From NCBI GenBank assembly GCA_031441465.1, contig JANOEP010000035.1, forward strand, positions 12,785 to 76,784: a stretch of DNA of 64,000 nt, in the 5' to 3' direction. Positions 1 to 10,102 of this stretch are shown here, one piece after another. The notes below the pieces were generated by a model. It did not search any database, had not been told where the DNA came from, and worked only from the letters and a program-made list of their open reading frames with translations. This DNA comes from a bacterium (GTDB lineage Bacteria; Krumholzibacteriota; Krumholzibacteriia; LZORAL124-64-63). The translations under genes and the position numbers were made by a program. Position 1 is the stretch's first letter. Every line of letters starts with the position of its first letter.

Positions 1-1587
1 CTCGGCGACGTGCGCGAGGTTCTCGGGTCGGGTCAGGTCGCTGCCGGACACGAAATCGCGCAGGGCCAGATAATCCTCGCTGTCCGCGGGCTGTCCTTCC
101 TCCACTTCGGCGTTTTCGACCAGCAGGGCCGCCTCGTCCTGCGGCACGCCGTATTCCCGTTCCAGGTAGTGTTCGTCGTAGCGCTCGCGCAGGTTGGCCA
201 GCCCCCAGTACTCGCCGTCGAGGAACTGGATCACCGGCCGGCCGGCCTGCGTGTCGAAGCCCATGTCCCGGCACAGGGTCTGGATGGCCAGGTCCTTGAA
301 GCCGGTCATTCCCCAGTCGTTGCCCGCGTTGCGGACCAGGAAGCAGTTGTAGGCGTTGTCGGCCTGTTCCGGGAACAGGGCGCAGTCGAACTCCGAGGGA
401 CCGTACTCGGAACGCGCGGTCAGGCGCAGGGTCTTCTGGGGGAAGCGCCGGGAGTAGCCGCCGTGGATGCGCGCGCCGGCGTCCTGGGCGAGCAGGGTGT
501 TGCCCTGCCGGTCGAACAGCTCGACATGGACGGGGCGCTCCCACTCGTCACCGCGCTGGAAGTAGTTGCCGCTGCCCTGGTCGCCGGGGACGAAGGCGTC
601 GCCGGGCACATAGATCCCGGTCGCGCCGTCGAACAGGTTCTCGGGCGACGTCGCCAGCGAGATCACCGGGAACGGGAGGCGGGCGGCCGGGTCCGGATCG
701 ACGAAATAGGAACCGGTCGCCACCTCGCTCGGCGCGAAGCCGAGCCGGTAGGCGCGCGCCCGCACCAGGTTCAGCTTGAGCAACTCGACCCGTGGCGCAC
801 GCCAGCCGTAATGGTCGGACGCCGGCCAGAAGTTCGTGGGGATCAGTGAGATCGTGTTCGGATCGCCTTGGCGGGTGTCCAGCACGAGCGGCTTGACGTA
901 GAGCGCCGAGGTCCCGGTCGGCTCGCTGCCGTCCAGCGTGTAGCGGATCTCGGCCGCGGGGTCGTCGACCGCGATCGCCAGCGGGAGCGCCGCCGTGAAG
1001 AAGCCGGGTGCCGACGAGAACACGGGCAGGGGCAGGATCGGCAGACCCGCGTCGTTGGTGCCTTGCGGCGTCGGCGTGCCGTCGACGATCCAGACGGCGC
1101 CGCCGTCGGGCTGCCGGCTGTACGAGAGGTCCGCCGTCAGGGCGACCGGGCCGGTCTCGTCGAGCCGGGTCACGCCGTCGGCGGCGGTCAGCAGGAGCGG
1201 TTCGCCGCCGGCGCCGATCGCGAAGTTCGTGTGCAGGGCGCCCGAAGGGCCGACCCGGTCCTTGTTCGAGGCCCAGACCAGCAGGAAGCCCCGGGCCGGG
1301 ACGACGCCCTGGGGGAAGCGCCAGCGCAGGGGCGTGCCCGCGTCGTCGCTCAGGTAACAGCCGGTCAGGTCGAAATCGGCGGCGCCGGGGTTGAAGAGTT
1401 CGAGCCAGTCGGAGAAATCCCCGTCGTCGTCGGCGATGCAGGTCGCGTTCGAGGCCATGAACTCATTGATCAGGGGGGTCTGGGCGGAGCCGGGGGAGGC
1501 GGCGAGGACCAGGGCCAGCAGGCAGATGTCCCGCCATCCGCCCCGGTGGGCGGCGCTTGCCGGGTCCGATCGTCGCTGGGCTCTCAT
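1..1587 (-). CDS. Secreted CotH-kinase family protein with N-terminal lamin-tail domain and chitobiase/FN3-associated domain (3' end runs off window)
   Basis: Not in the ORF track; translated by hand from ATG 1587 (RBS GGAAGGTGG). Signal peptide, then lamin-tail motifs INEFMASN..DDDGDFSDWLELFNPG and LHTNFAI, then IRYTLDGSEPT, then CotH-like motifs GDEWERPVHVE, RIHGGYSRRFPQKTLRL and GEYWGLANLRER. Frame is open to the window edge. Confidence 0.85.
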   Translation of the reverse strand, partial: MRAQRRSDPASAAHRGGWRDICLLALVLAASPGSAQTPLINEFMASNATCIADDDGDFSDWLELFNPGAADFDLTGCYLSDDAGTPLRWRFPQGVVPARGFLLVWASNKDRVGPSGALHTNFAIGAGGEPLLLTAADGVTRLDETGPVALTADLSYSRQPDGGAVWIVDGTPTPQGTNDAGLPILPLPVFSSAPGFFTAALPLAIAVDDPAAEIRYTLDGSEPTGTSALYVKPLVLDTRQGDPNTISLIPTNFWPASDHYGWRAPRVELLKLNLVRARAYRLGFAPSEVATGSYFVDPDPAARLPFPVISLATSPENLFDGATGIYVPGDAFVPGDQGSGNYFQRGDEWERPVHVELFDRQGNTLLAQDAGARIHGGYSRRFPQKTLRLTARSEYGPSEFDCALFPEQADNAYNCFLVRNAGNDWGMTGFKDLAIQTLCRDMGFDTQAGRPVIQFLDGEYWGLANLRERYDEHYLEREYGVPQDEAALLVENAEVEEGQPADSEDYLALRDFVSGSDLTRPENLAHVAE

Positions 1588-1708
1588 GTTCCACCTTCCC
1601 GGGGATTGTCCGATCGCTCGATCCTACCACCAATCGGCGGTGATCGGACCTCCTCAATACCGGTCCGTTTTGTTAATAAGCCAACGAAAATGACATGCGA
1701 CCCCCCAT

Positions 1709-1725
1709 ATTGATAATAAATATCC
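1709..1725. promoter_or_regulatory. Fur-box-like site in the divergent promoter region
   Basis: TGATAAT-A-AATATCC (1711-1725) matches 12/14 positions of the 7-1-7 Fur consensus TGATAATnATTATCA, inside an AT-rich intergenic patch upstream of a haem protein. Confidence 0.45.
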
Positions 1726-1809
1726 AACAACCCCGTCGATCTGCTAGGATGGGTGCCTCGCCCCCATGCCCGCCCGATCGTGCCTGTCGTTTCAGTTCGG
1801 AGGTGCGTC

Positions 1810-3297
1810 ATGACAGCCCGTGCTCATGTTCCCATCAGCTTGTCCGCCATCCTGCTGTTGCTGTGCTGCATCGCCCCGTCGGCGTTCGCCGCCCTGCCGG
1901 CGGGCAACTACGTGGTCCTGAGCTGGAACGACCTCGGCATGCACTGCATGAACCAGGATCACGCCAACCTCTCCGTGCTGCCGCCCTACAACAATCTCTA
2001 CGCGCAGGTCATCCACCGCGGCGACGCCTACACGCCGCCGATGATCCTGACGGAGAACGCCGCCCTCGAGTACTCGATCCCGGGCAACACGTACTCGGTC
2101 GGCAAGACCGACTTCTGGACCTACGCCCAGCACCTGTTCGGCGTCAGCCTCGCGCCGAATGTCGGCCTCGCCGGCAAGGGACTCAGCGGGACGATGGACT
2201 TCCACGCGGACCACTTCTCGGCCGAGGGGGTGCCGCTCACCCCGTTCACGGACGCGGCCCCAAGCGTGGAAGATCCCTACCAGCTGGCGTTGGTCGTCCT
2301 ACGGGACGTCCACGGGACGGAATTGGCGCGGTCGCGACCGGTGATGCCGGTTTCCATCGAGATGAGTTGCGTGAGCGCGGGGTGCCACAGCAGCGAAATG
2401 GCGATCCTCACCAACCACGCGGGGCCGGACGAGGGCGGTTTCGACGTCGCGAACAAGCCGATCCTGTGCGCCCAGTGCCACGGCGATCCGGCGCTCGGCG
2501 GCACCGGTCCCGGCGTGGCGGGGTACTTCTCGCAGCGGATGCACGAAAAGCACGCGTTCATCGACGAGGCCCTGCCCGGCATGAGCGGTTGCTACAAGTG
2601 CCACCCCGGGCAGCGCGCGCGCTGCCTGAGGGGCACCATGAATTCCGACTTCGGCGTGGTCTGCCAGGACTGCCACGGCGACATGGCGCAGGTCGCCGGT
2701 TCCATCGAAGGCGGCCGCGTGCCGTGGGTGAACGAGCCGTCCTGCCGCGAATGCCACACCTCGACCTACGGAGAACCGGTCGGGCAGCTCTTCAAAGTGA
2801 GCAGGGGACACGGCGGCGTCTTCTGCGAAGGCTGCCACAACAGCACCCACGCGGAGTTCCCCACCCGCGAACCGCGCGACAACCAGGTGATGATCGATCT
2901 GCAGGGGCAAGCCGGGACGCTCGCCGACTGCAGCGTCTGCCACGGCATCGTCCCGTCCGGTCCGGGGCCGCACGGCATTGTGGCTACGGGTCTGGTGGAG
3001 GACGAACTGCTCGGTGGAGCGGAGCGTCTCGCCGTCTGGCCGTCGCCCCTGCCCCTGGGTGCGACCTGCACGATCCGGCTGGGCGCCGCCGCCGCCGCGG
3101 ACGGACGCCTGCTCGTGTTCGACGCCCGCGGGCGCACGGTCCGCCTGCTCGACCTCCAGAGCGACCAGCCGGGCGAGACGATCGCCACCTGGGACGGACG
3201 CGACGGACACGGACAGCGCGTCGGTGCCGGCGTCTACTTCCTGCGCTGGAGCCACGGAGAAAAGGCCGCTTCGGCGAAGGTGGTCATGGTGGACTGA
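1810..3297 (+). CDS. Secreted multiheme c-type cytochrome (6 CxxCH + 1 CX4CH) with C-terminal FlgD-Ig/Por-secretion-type sorting domain
   Basis: Signal peptide ending APSAFA. Haem motifs CVSAGCH, CAQCH, CYKCH, CQDCH, CRECH, CEGCH, CSVCH. C-terminus PSP..VFDARGRTVRLL..TWDGRDGHGQRVGAGVYFLR..KVVMVD. ATG 1810 follows GGAGGT. Confidence 0.88.
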   Translation: MTARAHVPISLSAILLLLCCIAPSAFAALPAGNYVVLSWNDLGMHCMNQDHANLSVLPPYNNLYAQVIHRGDAYTPPMILTENAALEYSIPGNTYSVGKTDFWTYAQHLFGVSLAPNVGLAGKGLSGTMDFHADHFSAEGVPLTPFTDAAPSVEDPYQLALVVLRDVHGTELARSRPVMPVSIEMSCVSAGCHSSEMAILTNHAGPDEGGFDVANKPILCAQCHGDPALGGTGPGVAGYFSQRMHEKHAFIDEALPGMSGCYKCHPGQRARCLRGTMNSDFGVVCQDCHGDMAQVAGSIEGGRVPWVNEPSCRECHTSTYGEPVGQLFKVSRGHGGVFCEGCHNSTHAEFPTREPRDNQVMIDLQGQAGTLADCSVCHGIVPSGPGPHGIVATGLVEDELLGGAERLAVWPSPLPLGATCTIRLGAAAAADGRLLVFDARGRTVRLLDLQSDQPGETIATWDGRDGHGQRVGAGVYFLRWSHGEKAASAKVVMVD

Positions 3298-3339
3298 CGA
3301 AGGGGATCACGGGCGCGTGATCGGTGTCGCCGTTCTTTT

Positions 3340-3822
3340 TCAGTTCCCGGGATCATCCCCATAGGAGATCTCGTCGCTGAGTTCGTTGGCGTCGTCGGCC
3401 TGGTAGGGGAAGTGTTCCCGCAACTTCTCGCCGATCCGCGCGATCCCCTCGCCGATCCCCCCGGCGAAATCGTCCACCGCGAACCGCGCGGCCATCAGCG
3501 CCGCCACGTCCTGCCAGAAGCCGTCACCGACCCGCAGGTGCAGTTCTTCGTCGCCGACGATCGCGAAACGCCGCGCCCGCACCGCCAGGTAGACCAGCAC
3601 CCCGTTGCGCTCCCCGGTGGCGTGCATCTCCATCTTCCCGAACAGTTCCCGCGCCCGCAGGTAAGGATCCCCGTCGGCGGTCCCGCCCTTCGGCACGTCC
3701 CGTTCGACGTGGAAGCGGATCTCCCCGCTGGTGCGCTGCTCGGCGGACTGGATGGACGCCACGATCCGCTGCTGCTCGTCGCGGCTGAAAAACTTCCGGG
3801 GCACATCGCTGCGTTTTGCCAT
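3340..3822 (-). CDS. TPM domain protein
   Basis: IQSAEQRTSGEIRFHVE, TGERNGVLVYLA, C-terminal NELSDEI; last gene of the lemA-TPM-TPM cluster. Confidence 0.85.
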   Translation of the reverse strand: MAKRSDVPRKFFSRDEQQRIVASIQSAEQRTSGEIRFHVERDVPKGGTADGDPYLRARELFGKMEMHATGERNGVLVYLAVRARRFAIVGDEELHLRVGDGFWQDVAALMAARFAVDDFAGGIGEGIARIGEKLREHFPYQADDANELSDEISYGDDPGN

Positions 3823-3823
3823 C

Positions 3824-4609
3824 TTACCAACCTCCGCTCGCGCCGCCGCCGCCGCTAAACCCGCCGCCGCCGCTGAAGCCGCCACCACCGCCACCGCCGC
3901 CGCCGCCCCAGCCGCCGCTGCCGCGGCTGTTCTGGGACATCGCCGACATGACGATCAGCGGGCCGAGCCAACGGTGGCGTCCGGCCGCGCCGCCGCCGCC
4001 CCCGATCAGCGCGATCAGGATCAACGGCAACAGCAGGCCCCCGAGCCCGCGGCCCCGGCGGCCGCTGGATTCACGGGGCGCCGCGGCGAATTGCCCCTGC
4101 GCGAGCGGGTCGTCCGGCGCTAGGCGCTGGGCGACGCGGACCATGACCAGCGCGAAGCGCCGGAAGGCCTGCTCGGCGGGGATCTGCTGCATTTCCTGGA
4201 TGATGTTGCGCGAGACCGCGTCGGTCAGGCGCTCCTCGTTCTCGTAGGCCACCTCGAGCCGCGACGTCCTCTGGCGCGGGAACACCGCGAACAGCAGGCC
4301 GTCGAGCCGCTCCCGGCTGCCGATCTTCCAGTGCTCGAACAGGCGGTTGGTGTAGTCGGCGACCTCGCCGTCGAGTTCCGGCAGCACGGCGATCACGAAC
4401 TGGATGCCGGTGCGCTGGTGAAAGGCCTCCAGCTCGTTCGCCAGGGCCGCCGCCTCCTCGCGCGATACCACGCCGACCCCGTCGGAGAAGTAGGTGGAGG
4501 GCGGCGGCGGCAGCTCGGCCGCCGCCGCCGTCGCCAGCAGCAGGATCGTCAGCACCGACAGTAGCAGATGCCGCACCGCGCACGGCACGGGAGTCCCGGA
4601 ACGTGGCAT
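3824..4609 (-). CDS. TPM domain membrane protein (YgcG-like) with Gly-rich tail
   Basis: LFEHWKIG..DGLLFAV..RLEVAY, a TM helix and tail GGGFSGGGGFSGGGGASGGW. ATG 4609 follows AGGAGG. Confidence 0.85.
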   Translation of the reverse strand: MPRSGTPVPCAVRHLLLSVLTILLLATAAAAELPPPPSTYFSDGVGVVSREEAAALANELEAFHQRTGIQFVIAVLPELDGEVADYTNRLFEHWKIGSRERLDGLLFAVFPRQRTSRLEVAYENEERLTDAVSRNIIQEMQQIPAEQAFRRFALVMVRVAQRLAPDDPLAQGQFAAAPRESSGRRGRGLGGLLLPLILIALIGGGGGAAGRHRWLGPLIVMSAMSQNSRGSGGWGGGGGGGGGGFSGGGGFSGGGGASGGW

Positions 4610-4643
4610 GGCGCCTCCTGGTGCTGCGTGGGGTGTCCGCACC

Positions 4644-5243
4644 CTAGAACTTGACCTCGGGCGCCTTCTCGGCGCCTTCGCTGGCCTCGAAGTAGTTGCG
4701 CTTCTCGAAGCCGAACATGCCGGCGATCACGCTGGCCGGGAAGCGCCGGATCTGCGTGTTGTAGTTCTGGGCCGTCTCGTTGAAGCGGCGGCGCTCGACG
4801 GCGATGCGGTTCTCGGTGCCTTCGAGCTGGGACTGCAGTTCCAGGAAGTTCTGGTTGGCCTTGAGGTCGGGGTACTGCTCGGCCACGACCATCAGGCGCG
4901 ACAGGGCGCCGCTGAGGCCTTCCTGGACCTTCTGGAAGCGCTGCAGGAACGCCGGGTCGTTCAGGTTCTCGGGGGTGGCCTCGACCGTGACCTTGGTGGC
5001 CTCGGCGCGGGCGCGGATCACGGCTTCGAGCGTTTCGCTCTCGTGGGCGGCGTAGCCCTTGACCGTGTTGACCAGGTTCGGGATCAGGTCGGCCCGGCGC
5101 TGGTAGACGTTTTCCACGTTGCCCCACTGGCCGTCGACGCCTTCCTGCAGGCTGACCAGGGAGTTGTACTTGCCGACCAGGGCCATCGCCACCACGGCGA
5201 TCAGGGCCAGCACGCCGATCAGGATCAATAATCCACGAGACAT
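4644..5243 (-). CDS. lemA: LemA family protein
   Basis: YQRRADLIPNLVNTVKGYAAHE, YPDLKANQNFLELQSQLEGTENRIAVERRRFN. Confidence 0.95.
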   Translation of the reverse strand: MSRGLLILIGVLALIAVVAMALVGKYNSLVSLQEGVDGQWGNVENVYQRRADLIPNLVNTVKGYAAHESETLEAVIRARAEATKVTVEATPENLNDPAFLQRFQKVQEGLSGALSRLMVVAEQYPDLKANQNFLELQSQLEGTENRIAVERRRFNETAQNYNTQIRRFPASVIAGMFGFEKRNYFEASEGAEKAPEVKF

Positions 5244-5264
5244 CTCAACCTCCTACAGCGCGGG

Positions 5265-7442
5265 TCATTCTACGATCGTCAGGGTAAATTGATCGTCGGG
5301 TTGCACCGATTCCGCAACTTCCATCCCCTTGACCACCCGGCCGACCACGGTGTAGCGACCGTCGAGATGGGGCTGCGGGGAGAGGCAGACGAAGAACTGG
5401 CTGCCGTCCGTGTCCTTGCCGGAATGGGCGATGCCGACCGTCCCGCGCACGAACGGCAGGCTGCTCCACTCGCTGCGCAGGGTGTAGCCGGGGCCGCCCC
5501 AGCCGGTGCCGTCGGGGTCGCCGCCCTGGATGACGAAATCGGGCACGACCCGGTGGAACGAACCGTCGCTGTAGAAACCTTCGCGCACCAGCTGCACGAT
5601 CGTCGCGCAGGTGCGCGGCGCGGCGCCGGTCTCCAGGGCGATCGTGAAGGCGCCGCGGGGCGTGCGGCAGAGCAGGCGCGGCGCCTGCTTCGGCAGCGCG
5701 AGCGCGGTCTGGCGCGGATCGCGCGCGGCGGCGGGCATGGTCTCCAGCAGGCTGGCCTCGCTCGGGATCAGTACCGGGGCCGTCAGCATCAGCGCGGCGG
5801 CGGCGGCGCGGGCCTCGCTGCGCACCTGCAGGCGGTCGTGGTCGAAGCCCTGCTCCAGCAGCGCCACCGTGGGGGCGCGCAGGGTGTCGGGCACGGCGAA
5901 GCTCGTGTCCGCGGCGAAGGTCGTCAGCGCCTGCAGCACGCCCCGCTTGATGTCGATCCCCGGCAACCCGTCGGCCCGCGACCAAGCCCGCGCGAGCACC
6001 CCGAGGTTGCGCGCCGAGGGGTACCCTCCCAGCAGGCCGCAGGCCGCGGCTGCGCTGGAGGCGTCCCTGCCCAGGGCGGCCCGGCGCAGGGTCGTCTCCA
6101 CGGCATCACGGGCGCGAGCCTTCGCCGCCGGGGTGTGGGATTCCTGCTGGAGGCGGGTCAGCGCCGCCGGCAGGGCGTCCAAGGCGATCAGGCGCAGGCG
6201 CGGCGCGGCGGCGGTCAGGTCTTCGCAGCGCTGCACGACCTGGTCCGGGTCCAACGCGTGGCGCAGCAGGCCGTCCCAGACCGCTTCCTGCACCTGAGGC
6301 TGGGGGTCGGCGGTCAGGGCCGGCCAGAACGGCAGGTCCTGGACGCCCGCGCCCCGCAGGGCGATGCAGGCGCGGGCCGCCGCCGCGCGCACGACCGGTT
6401 CGGTCACCGACGGCGAGCAGCCGGCCTGCGCGGCCTGCAGCAGGCGCAGGCGCCAGACCGGCAGCAGGCTGTCGCGGACGCGCGCTTCGACCGGCAGGGG
6501 GGTGTCGCCCGCGATCTGGGCCATCGACTCCAGCGCGGTGCGGGCCACGTGGGGGTCGGGGCTGCGCGCGCCTTCGCTCAGCTGCCCCACCAGGGGCTGG
6601 GCGTCGGCGCTGTCGCGCAGGGCCGCGGCGCCGAGGCGGCCGAGGCCGCGCAGGCGGGCGACGTCGATCCGCGCGCGGTCGCGCTGGGTAAAACGGCCGG
6701 GTTCCGAGCCCCCGGCGATCAGGCCGAGATAGGCGTTCGGGCCGCCGCCCTGGCTGCCGAGAGCGGCCAGCGCGCGGCAGGCGTGCACCCGCACCTGGGC
6801 GTCGAGGTGGCGCGCGAAGGGCGCGATGTCGGCCGCGAGTCCGGGCACCGGGATTTTCTCGGCGCAGCGCAGGACGCGCCACAGCACGTCGACTTCGGGG
6901 CGCTCCAGGCCGTTGCGGACGGCGTCGGCCAGGGCCGTGGTGTCGGCGTCGGCGGCGCGGTCGCGCAGGGCGTTCCAGGCCAGGGCCGCCTCGTCGCGCG
7001 TGCCGTCGCGCGCGACGTTCATCAGGGCGGCGCCGTCGTTGCGCACGCGCGCCAGCGCGAACAGCACGGCCCGCCGCACCTCGGGGCCGTTGCCCTCCAG
7101 GGCGCGGATCAGGGGCTCGGCGGCCGACGCGTCGCCGACCAGGCCCAGGGCCTCGGCGGCCGCGACCCGGACGGTGGGGCTCGGGTCGGCGAGCCCGGCG
7201 ATCAGTTCGGTCAAAGCGCCGGTGCGGCCGATGCGGCCGGCCGCGCGCATCGCGGCCAGTCGGATGTGGGCGTCGCCGTCGCGCAGGAACGCGGACATCG
7301 AATCGGCGTCGGCCAGGCGGCGGTCCTCCCAGCGCTGCAGGACGTGCTGCTTGGCGGCGCGGTTCGCCGGCGGTGCGCAGCCGACGGCGCCCAGCGCGCA
7401 GGCCGTCGCGAGCAGCAGGATCGATCTCGGGACCCGTCGCAT
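5265..7442 (-). CDS. Lipoprotein with HEAT repeats and C-terminal cyclophilin-type peptidyl-prolyl isomerase
   Basis: Lipobox LGAVGC; HEAT-like repeats (VRVAAAEALG); FHRVVPDFVIQGGDP, GSQFF, PHLDGRYTVVGRV. Confidence 0.88.
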   Translation of the reverse strand: MRRVPRSILLLATACALGAVGCAPPANRAAKQHVLQRWEDRRLADADSMSAFLRDGDAHIRLAAMRAAGRIGRTGALTELIAGLADPSPTVRVAAAEALGLVGDASAAEPLIRALEGNGPEVRRAVLFALARVRNDGAALMNVARDGTRDEAALAWNALRDRAADADTTALADAVRNGLERPEVDVLWRVLRCAEKIPVPGLAADIAPFARHLDAQVRVHACRALAALGSQGGGPNAYLGLIAGGSEPGRFTQRDRARIDVARLRGLGRLGAAALRDSADAQPLVGQLSEGARSPDPHVARTALESMAQIAGDTPLPVEARVRDSLLPVWRLRLLQAAQAGCSPSVTEPVVRAAAARACIALRGAGVQDLPFWPALTADPQPQVQEAVWDGLLRHALDPDQVVQRCEDLTAAAPRLRLIALDALPAALTRLQQESHTPAAKARARDAVETTLRRAALGRDASSAAAACGLLGGYPSARNLGVLARAWSRADGLPGIDIKRGVLQALTTFAADTSFAVPDTLRAPTVALLEQGFDHDRLQVRSEARAAAAALMLTAPVLIPSEASLLETMPAAARDPRQTALALPKQAPRLLCRTPRGAFTIALETGAAPRTCATIVQLVREGFYSDGSFHRVVPDFVIQGGDPDGTGWGGPGYTLRSEWSSLPFVRGTVGIAHSGKDTDGSQFFVCLSPQPHLDGRYTVVGRVVKGMEVAESVQPDDQFTLTIVE

Positions 7443-7582
7443 GCCGTTCCTCCGGTTCGGGGCCGCCCCACCCTAGCATCCCCCCGCGGCGGTGTCCACG
7501 CCGCGACCTTTGACCGCCGGGGTTCCCGTTGCTACACTGCACCGCTGGACACGCCCCCGCACCGCGAATCAGGGAGTTCCCC

Positions 7583-8608
7583 ATGCGCACCGCCCTGCTC
7601 GGCGCCACCGGCCTGGTGGGCCGCACCATGCTCGCCCTGCTCGAAACCCGCGGCTGGGTCGACGAGCCGCCGCTGCTGCTGACCTCCGCGCGCTCGGCGG
7701 GCACGGTCCTAACGTTCCGCGGACGGGCCGTGACCTGCGAGGACGCCGCGACCTGCGGCTACGCCGGCGTGAAGATGGCTTTGTTCAGCGCCGGCGGCGC
7801 CGCCAGCCGCGTCCACGCACCGCGCTTCGCGCAGGCCGGCTCCTGGGTCGTGGACAACTCCTCAGCTTGGCGTATGGACCCCGCGGTGCCGCTGGTGGTG
7901 CCGGAGATCAACGCCGCGGCCCTGCCCGATCGTCCGGGCATCGTCGCCAACCCGAACTGCTCCACGATCCAGGTGGCCGCCGCGGTGGCGCCCCTGCAGC
8001 GCGCCTTCGGCTTGAAGGCCTGCCACGTCACCACGCTGCAGGCGGCTTCCGGCGCGGGCGGCCGCGCCCGCCAGGCGCTGGCGATCGAGCTGTCGGCCTG
8101 CGTGCCGGGACTGCGCGAGGGGCACGCCTCGCCGGACGTGACCGGCACCGGCGCTTTCCCCCGCCGCCTCGCCCTGAACGTGCTGCCGGAGATCGGCGCG
8201 CCCCTGCCCGACGGCAGCTTCGAGGAGGAAGCCAAGGTCGTGCGCGAACTGCGCAAGATCCTCGGCCTGCCGCAGCTCGCAGTGACCTGCCTGGCCACGC
8301 GCGTCCCGGTCTGGAACGGCCACGCGGCCGCGGTGCGCTGTGTCTGCAAGCGGCCCGCCCCGCGCGACGAGGTGATCGCCGCCCTGCGCGCGACGACCGG
8401 CCTGGTGGTGGCCGAGTCGCCGCACGGCTACGCAACGCCGCTGGAGGCCGACGGCGCCGACCCGGTCTTCGTCGGGCGCGTGCGCGGGGAAGAGGGCCGC
8501 CCCGAGGTGGTCCTGCTGTGGGTGGTGGCCGACAACGTGCGCAAGGGCGCGGCCCTGAACGCCGTACAGATCGCCGACCTGCTGGCCGCGCGCGGACGGA
8601 GCGCCTGA
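7583..8608 (+). CDS. asd: Aspartate-semialdehyde dehydrogenase
   Basis: GATGLVG, VVDNSSAWRMDPAVPLVVPEIN, ANPNCST, DNVRKGAALNAVQIA. Confidence 0.95.
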   Translation: MRTALLGATGLVGRTMLALLETRGWVDEPPLLLTSARSAGTVLTFRGRAVTCEDAATCGYAGVKMALFSAGGAASRVHAPRFAQAGSWVVDNSSAWRMDPAVPLVVPEINAAALPDRPGIVANPNCSTIQVAAAVAPLQRAFGLKACHVTTLQAASGAGGRARQALAIELSACVPGLREGHASPDVTGTGAFPRRLALNVLPEIGAPLPDGSFEEEAKVVRELRKILGLPQLAVTCLATRVPVWNGHAAAVRCVCKRPAPRDEVIAALRATTGLVVAESPHGYATPLEADGADPVFVGRVRGEEGRPEVVLLWVVADNVRKGAALNAVQIADLLAARGRSA

Positions 8609-8609
8609 G

Positions 8610-9410
8610 TTGGACCGCACCGTGCGCATCGACCTGGCCTACGACGGCACGGCCTTCCACGGCTGGCAGTGGCAGCTCGGCCTGCGCACCGTCCAGGGCG
8701 AACTGGCCCTCATGTTGGAGCGGCTGCTCGGCCGCCCCTGCATGCCCCCGGGCGCCGGCCGCACCGACGCCGGGGTCCACGCCCTGCGGCAGACCGCCAA
8801 CGCCCGAGGCCTGAACGCCGACGAGGTGGCGCGCCTGGTGCGCGTCCTGCCCCGCTTCGCGCCGCGCGATGTGCAGGTGCTGGACGTGCGCGAGGTGAGC
8901 CCCGCGTTCCACGCGCGCTTCTCGGCGCAGTGGCGCCGCTACGAGTACCATCTCGATCTGCGGGACGACCTGTTCCGGCGCCGCGTCGCCTGGTGCCCCG
9001 GCGAGCCGCTGGACCGCGCGGCCATGACGGCCGCCTGCGCCCTGTTCCTGGGCCGGCGCGACTGCAGCAGCTTGTGCAAGACGGCGTCGCTCAACCCGAC
9101 CAACGACTGCGACGTGACCGATTGCCGCTTGGAGTGGGCCGAGGGCTCGGCTATCCTGCACGTTCGGGCCGACCGCTTCCTGCACCACATGGTGCGCACG
9201 ATGACGGGCATGCTGGTGGAGGTGGGTGCCGGCCGTCGGCTTCCCGGCGACGTGACGACGATCCTGGACGCCCGCGACCGGCGCGTCGCCGGCGGCATGG
9301 CCCCGGCCTGCGGCCTGTACCTGGCCGATGTCGGCTATCCGCCCGAACTCGAAGACCCTGCACACGCCGGCCCCGCCGGCGCCACCGCGACTCCGGAGGC
9401 GACCCCATGA
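8610..9410 (+). CDS. truA: tRNA pseudouridine(38-40) synthase
   Basis: [41 protein letters not shown]; conserved asd-truA synteny. Confidence 0.95.
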   Translation: MDRTVRIDLAYDGTAFHGWQWQLGLRTVQGELALMLERLLGRPCMPPGAGRTDAGVHALRQTANARGLNADEVARLVRVLPRFAPRDVQVLDVREVSPAFHARFSAQWRRYEYHLDLRDDLFRRRVAWCPGEPLDRAAMTAACALFLGRRDCSSLCKTASLNPTNDCDVTDCRLEWAEGSAILHVRADRFLHHMVRTMTGMLVEVGAGRRLPGDVTTILDARDRRVAGGMAPACGLYLADVGYPPELEDPAHAGPAGATATPEATP

Positions 9411-10054
9411 AGTTCTTCATCGACACCGCCGACCTCGACGAGATCCGCGACGCCCTGTCGATGGGCGTGCTGGACGGCGTCACGACCAATCCCAGCCTGA
9501 TGGCCCGCGCCGGCCGCAAGGACACCGACGTCCTGCTCAAGGAGATCTGCGAGCTGGTCGAGGGGCCGGTCTCGGGCGAGGTCGTGGCGCTCGACGCCGC
9601 GGGCATGATCAAGGAAGGCAAACGCCTGGCCGGGCTCAGCGAGCACCTCGTGGTGAAGATCCCCCTGACCATCGACGGCCTGAAGGCCACCCGCGCCCTG
9701 GCCGACGAGGGCATCCCCGTCAACATGACGCTCTGCTTCTCGGTCAGCCAGGCGCTGCTGGCCGCCAAGGCGGGCGCGGCCTACGTGTCGCCCTTCGTCG
9801 GCCGGCTGGACGACATCAGCCAGGACGGCATGGGCCTGATCGAGGACATCGTCGAGGTCTACGAGAACTACGAGATCGGCACCGAGATCATCGTGGCCAG
9901 CGTGCGCCACCCCGACCACGTGGTGCGGGCCGCCCTGCTGGGCGCCGACATCGCCACGATCCCGCACAAGGTCATCAAGCAGCTCGTCCAGCACCCGCTG
10001 ACCGACCAGGGGATCGCCGCCTTCATGAAGGACTGGAACAAGCTGCAGGGCTGA
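9407..10054 (+). CDS. tal: Transaldolase / fructose-6-phosphate aldolase (short type)
   Basis: [43 protein letters not shown] overlap with truA. Confidence 0.92.
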   Translation: MKFFIDTADLDEIRDALSMGVLDGVTTNPSLMARAGRKDTDVLLKEICELVEGPVSGEVVALDAAGMIKEGKRLAGLSEHLVVKIPLTIDGLKATRALADEGIPVNMTLCFSVSQALLAAKAGAAYVSPFVGRLDDISQDGMGLIEDIVEVYENYEIGTEIIVASVRHPDHVVRAALLGADIATIPHKVIKQLVQHPLTDQGIAAFMKDWNKLQG

Positions 10055-10102
10055 CGCGTTGAAAACGGGAGTGCGCGCCGCCGCGCGTCCCGGAGGTGAA
10101 CC

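Noticed and set aside
10..1713. Plus-strand ORFs 10-849 and 868-1713
   Set aside because: Antisense to the CotH/lamin-tail gene, which the ORF track missed because it runs off the window.
3836..3925. (GCC)n-like repeat tract
   Set aside because: Encodes the ordinary Gly-rich tail of the TPM protein; not a CRISPR or contingency repeat.
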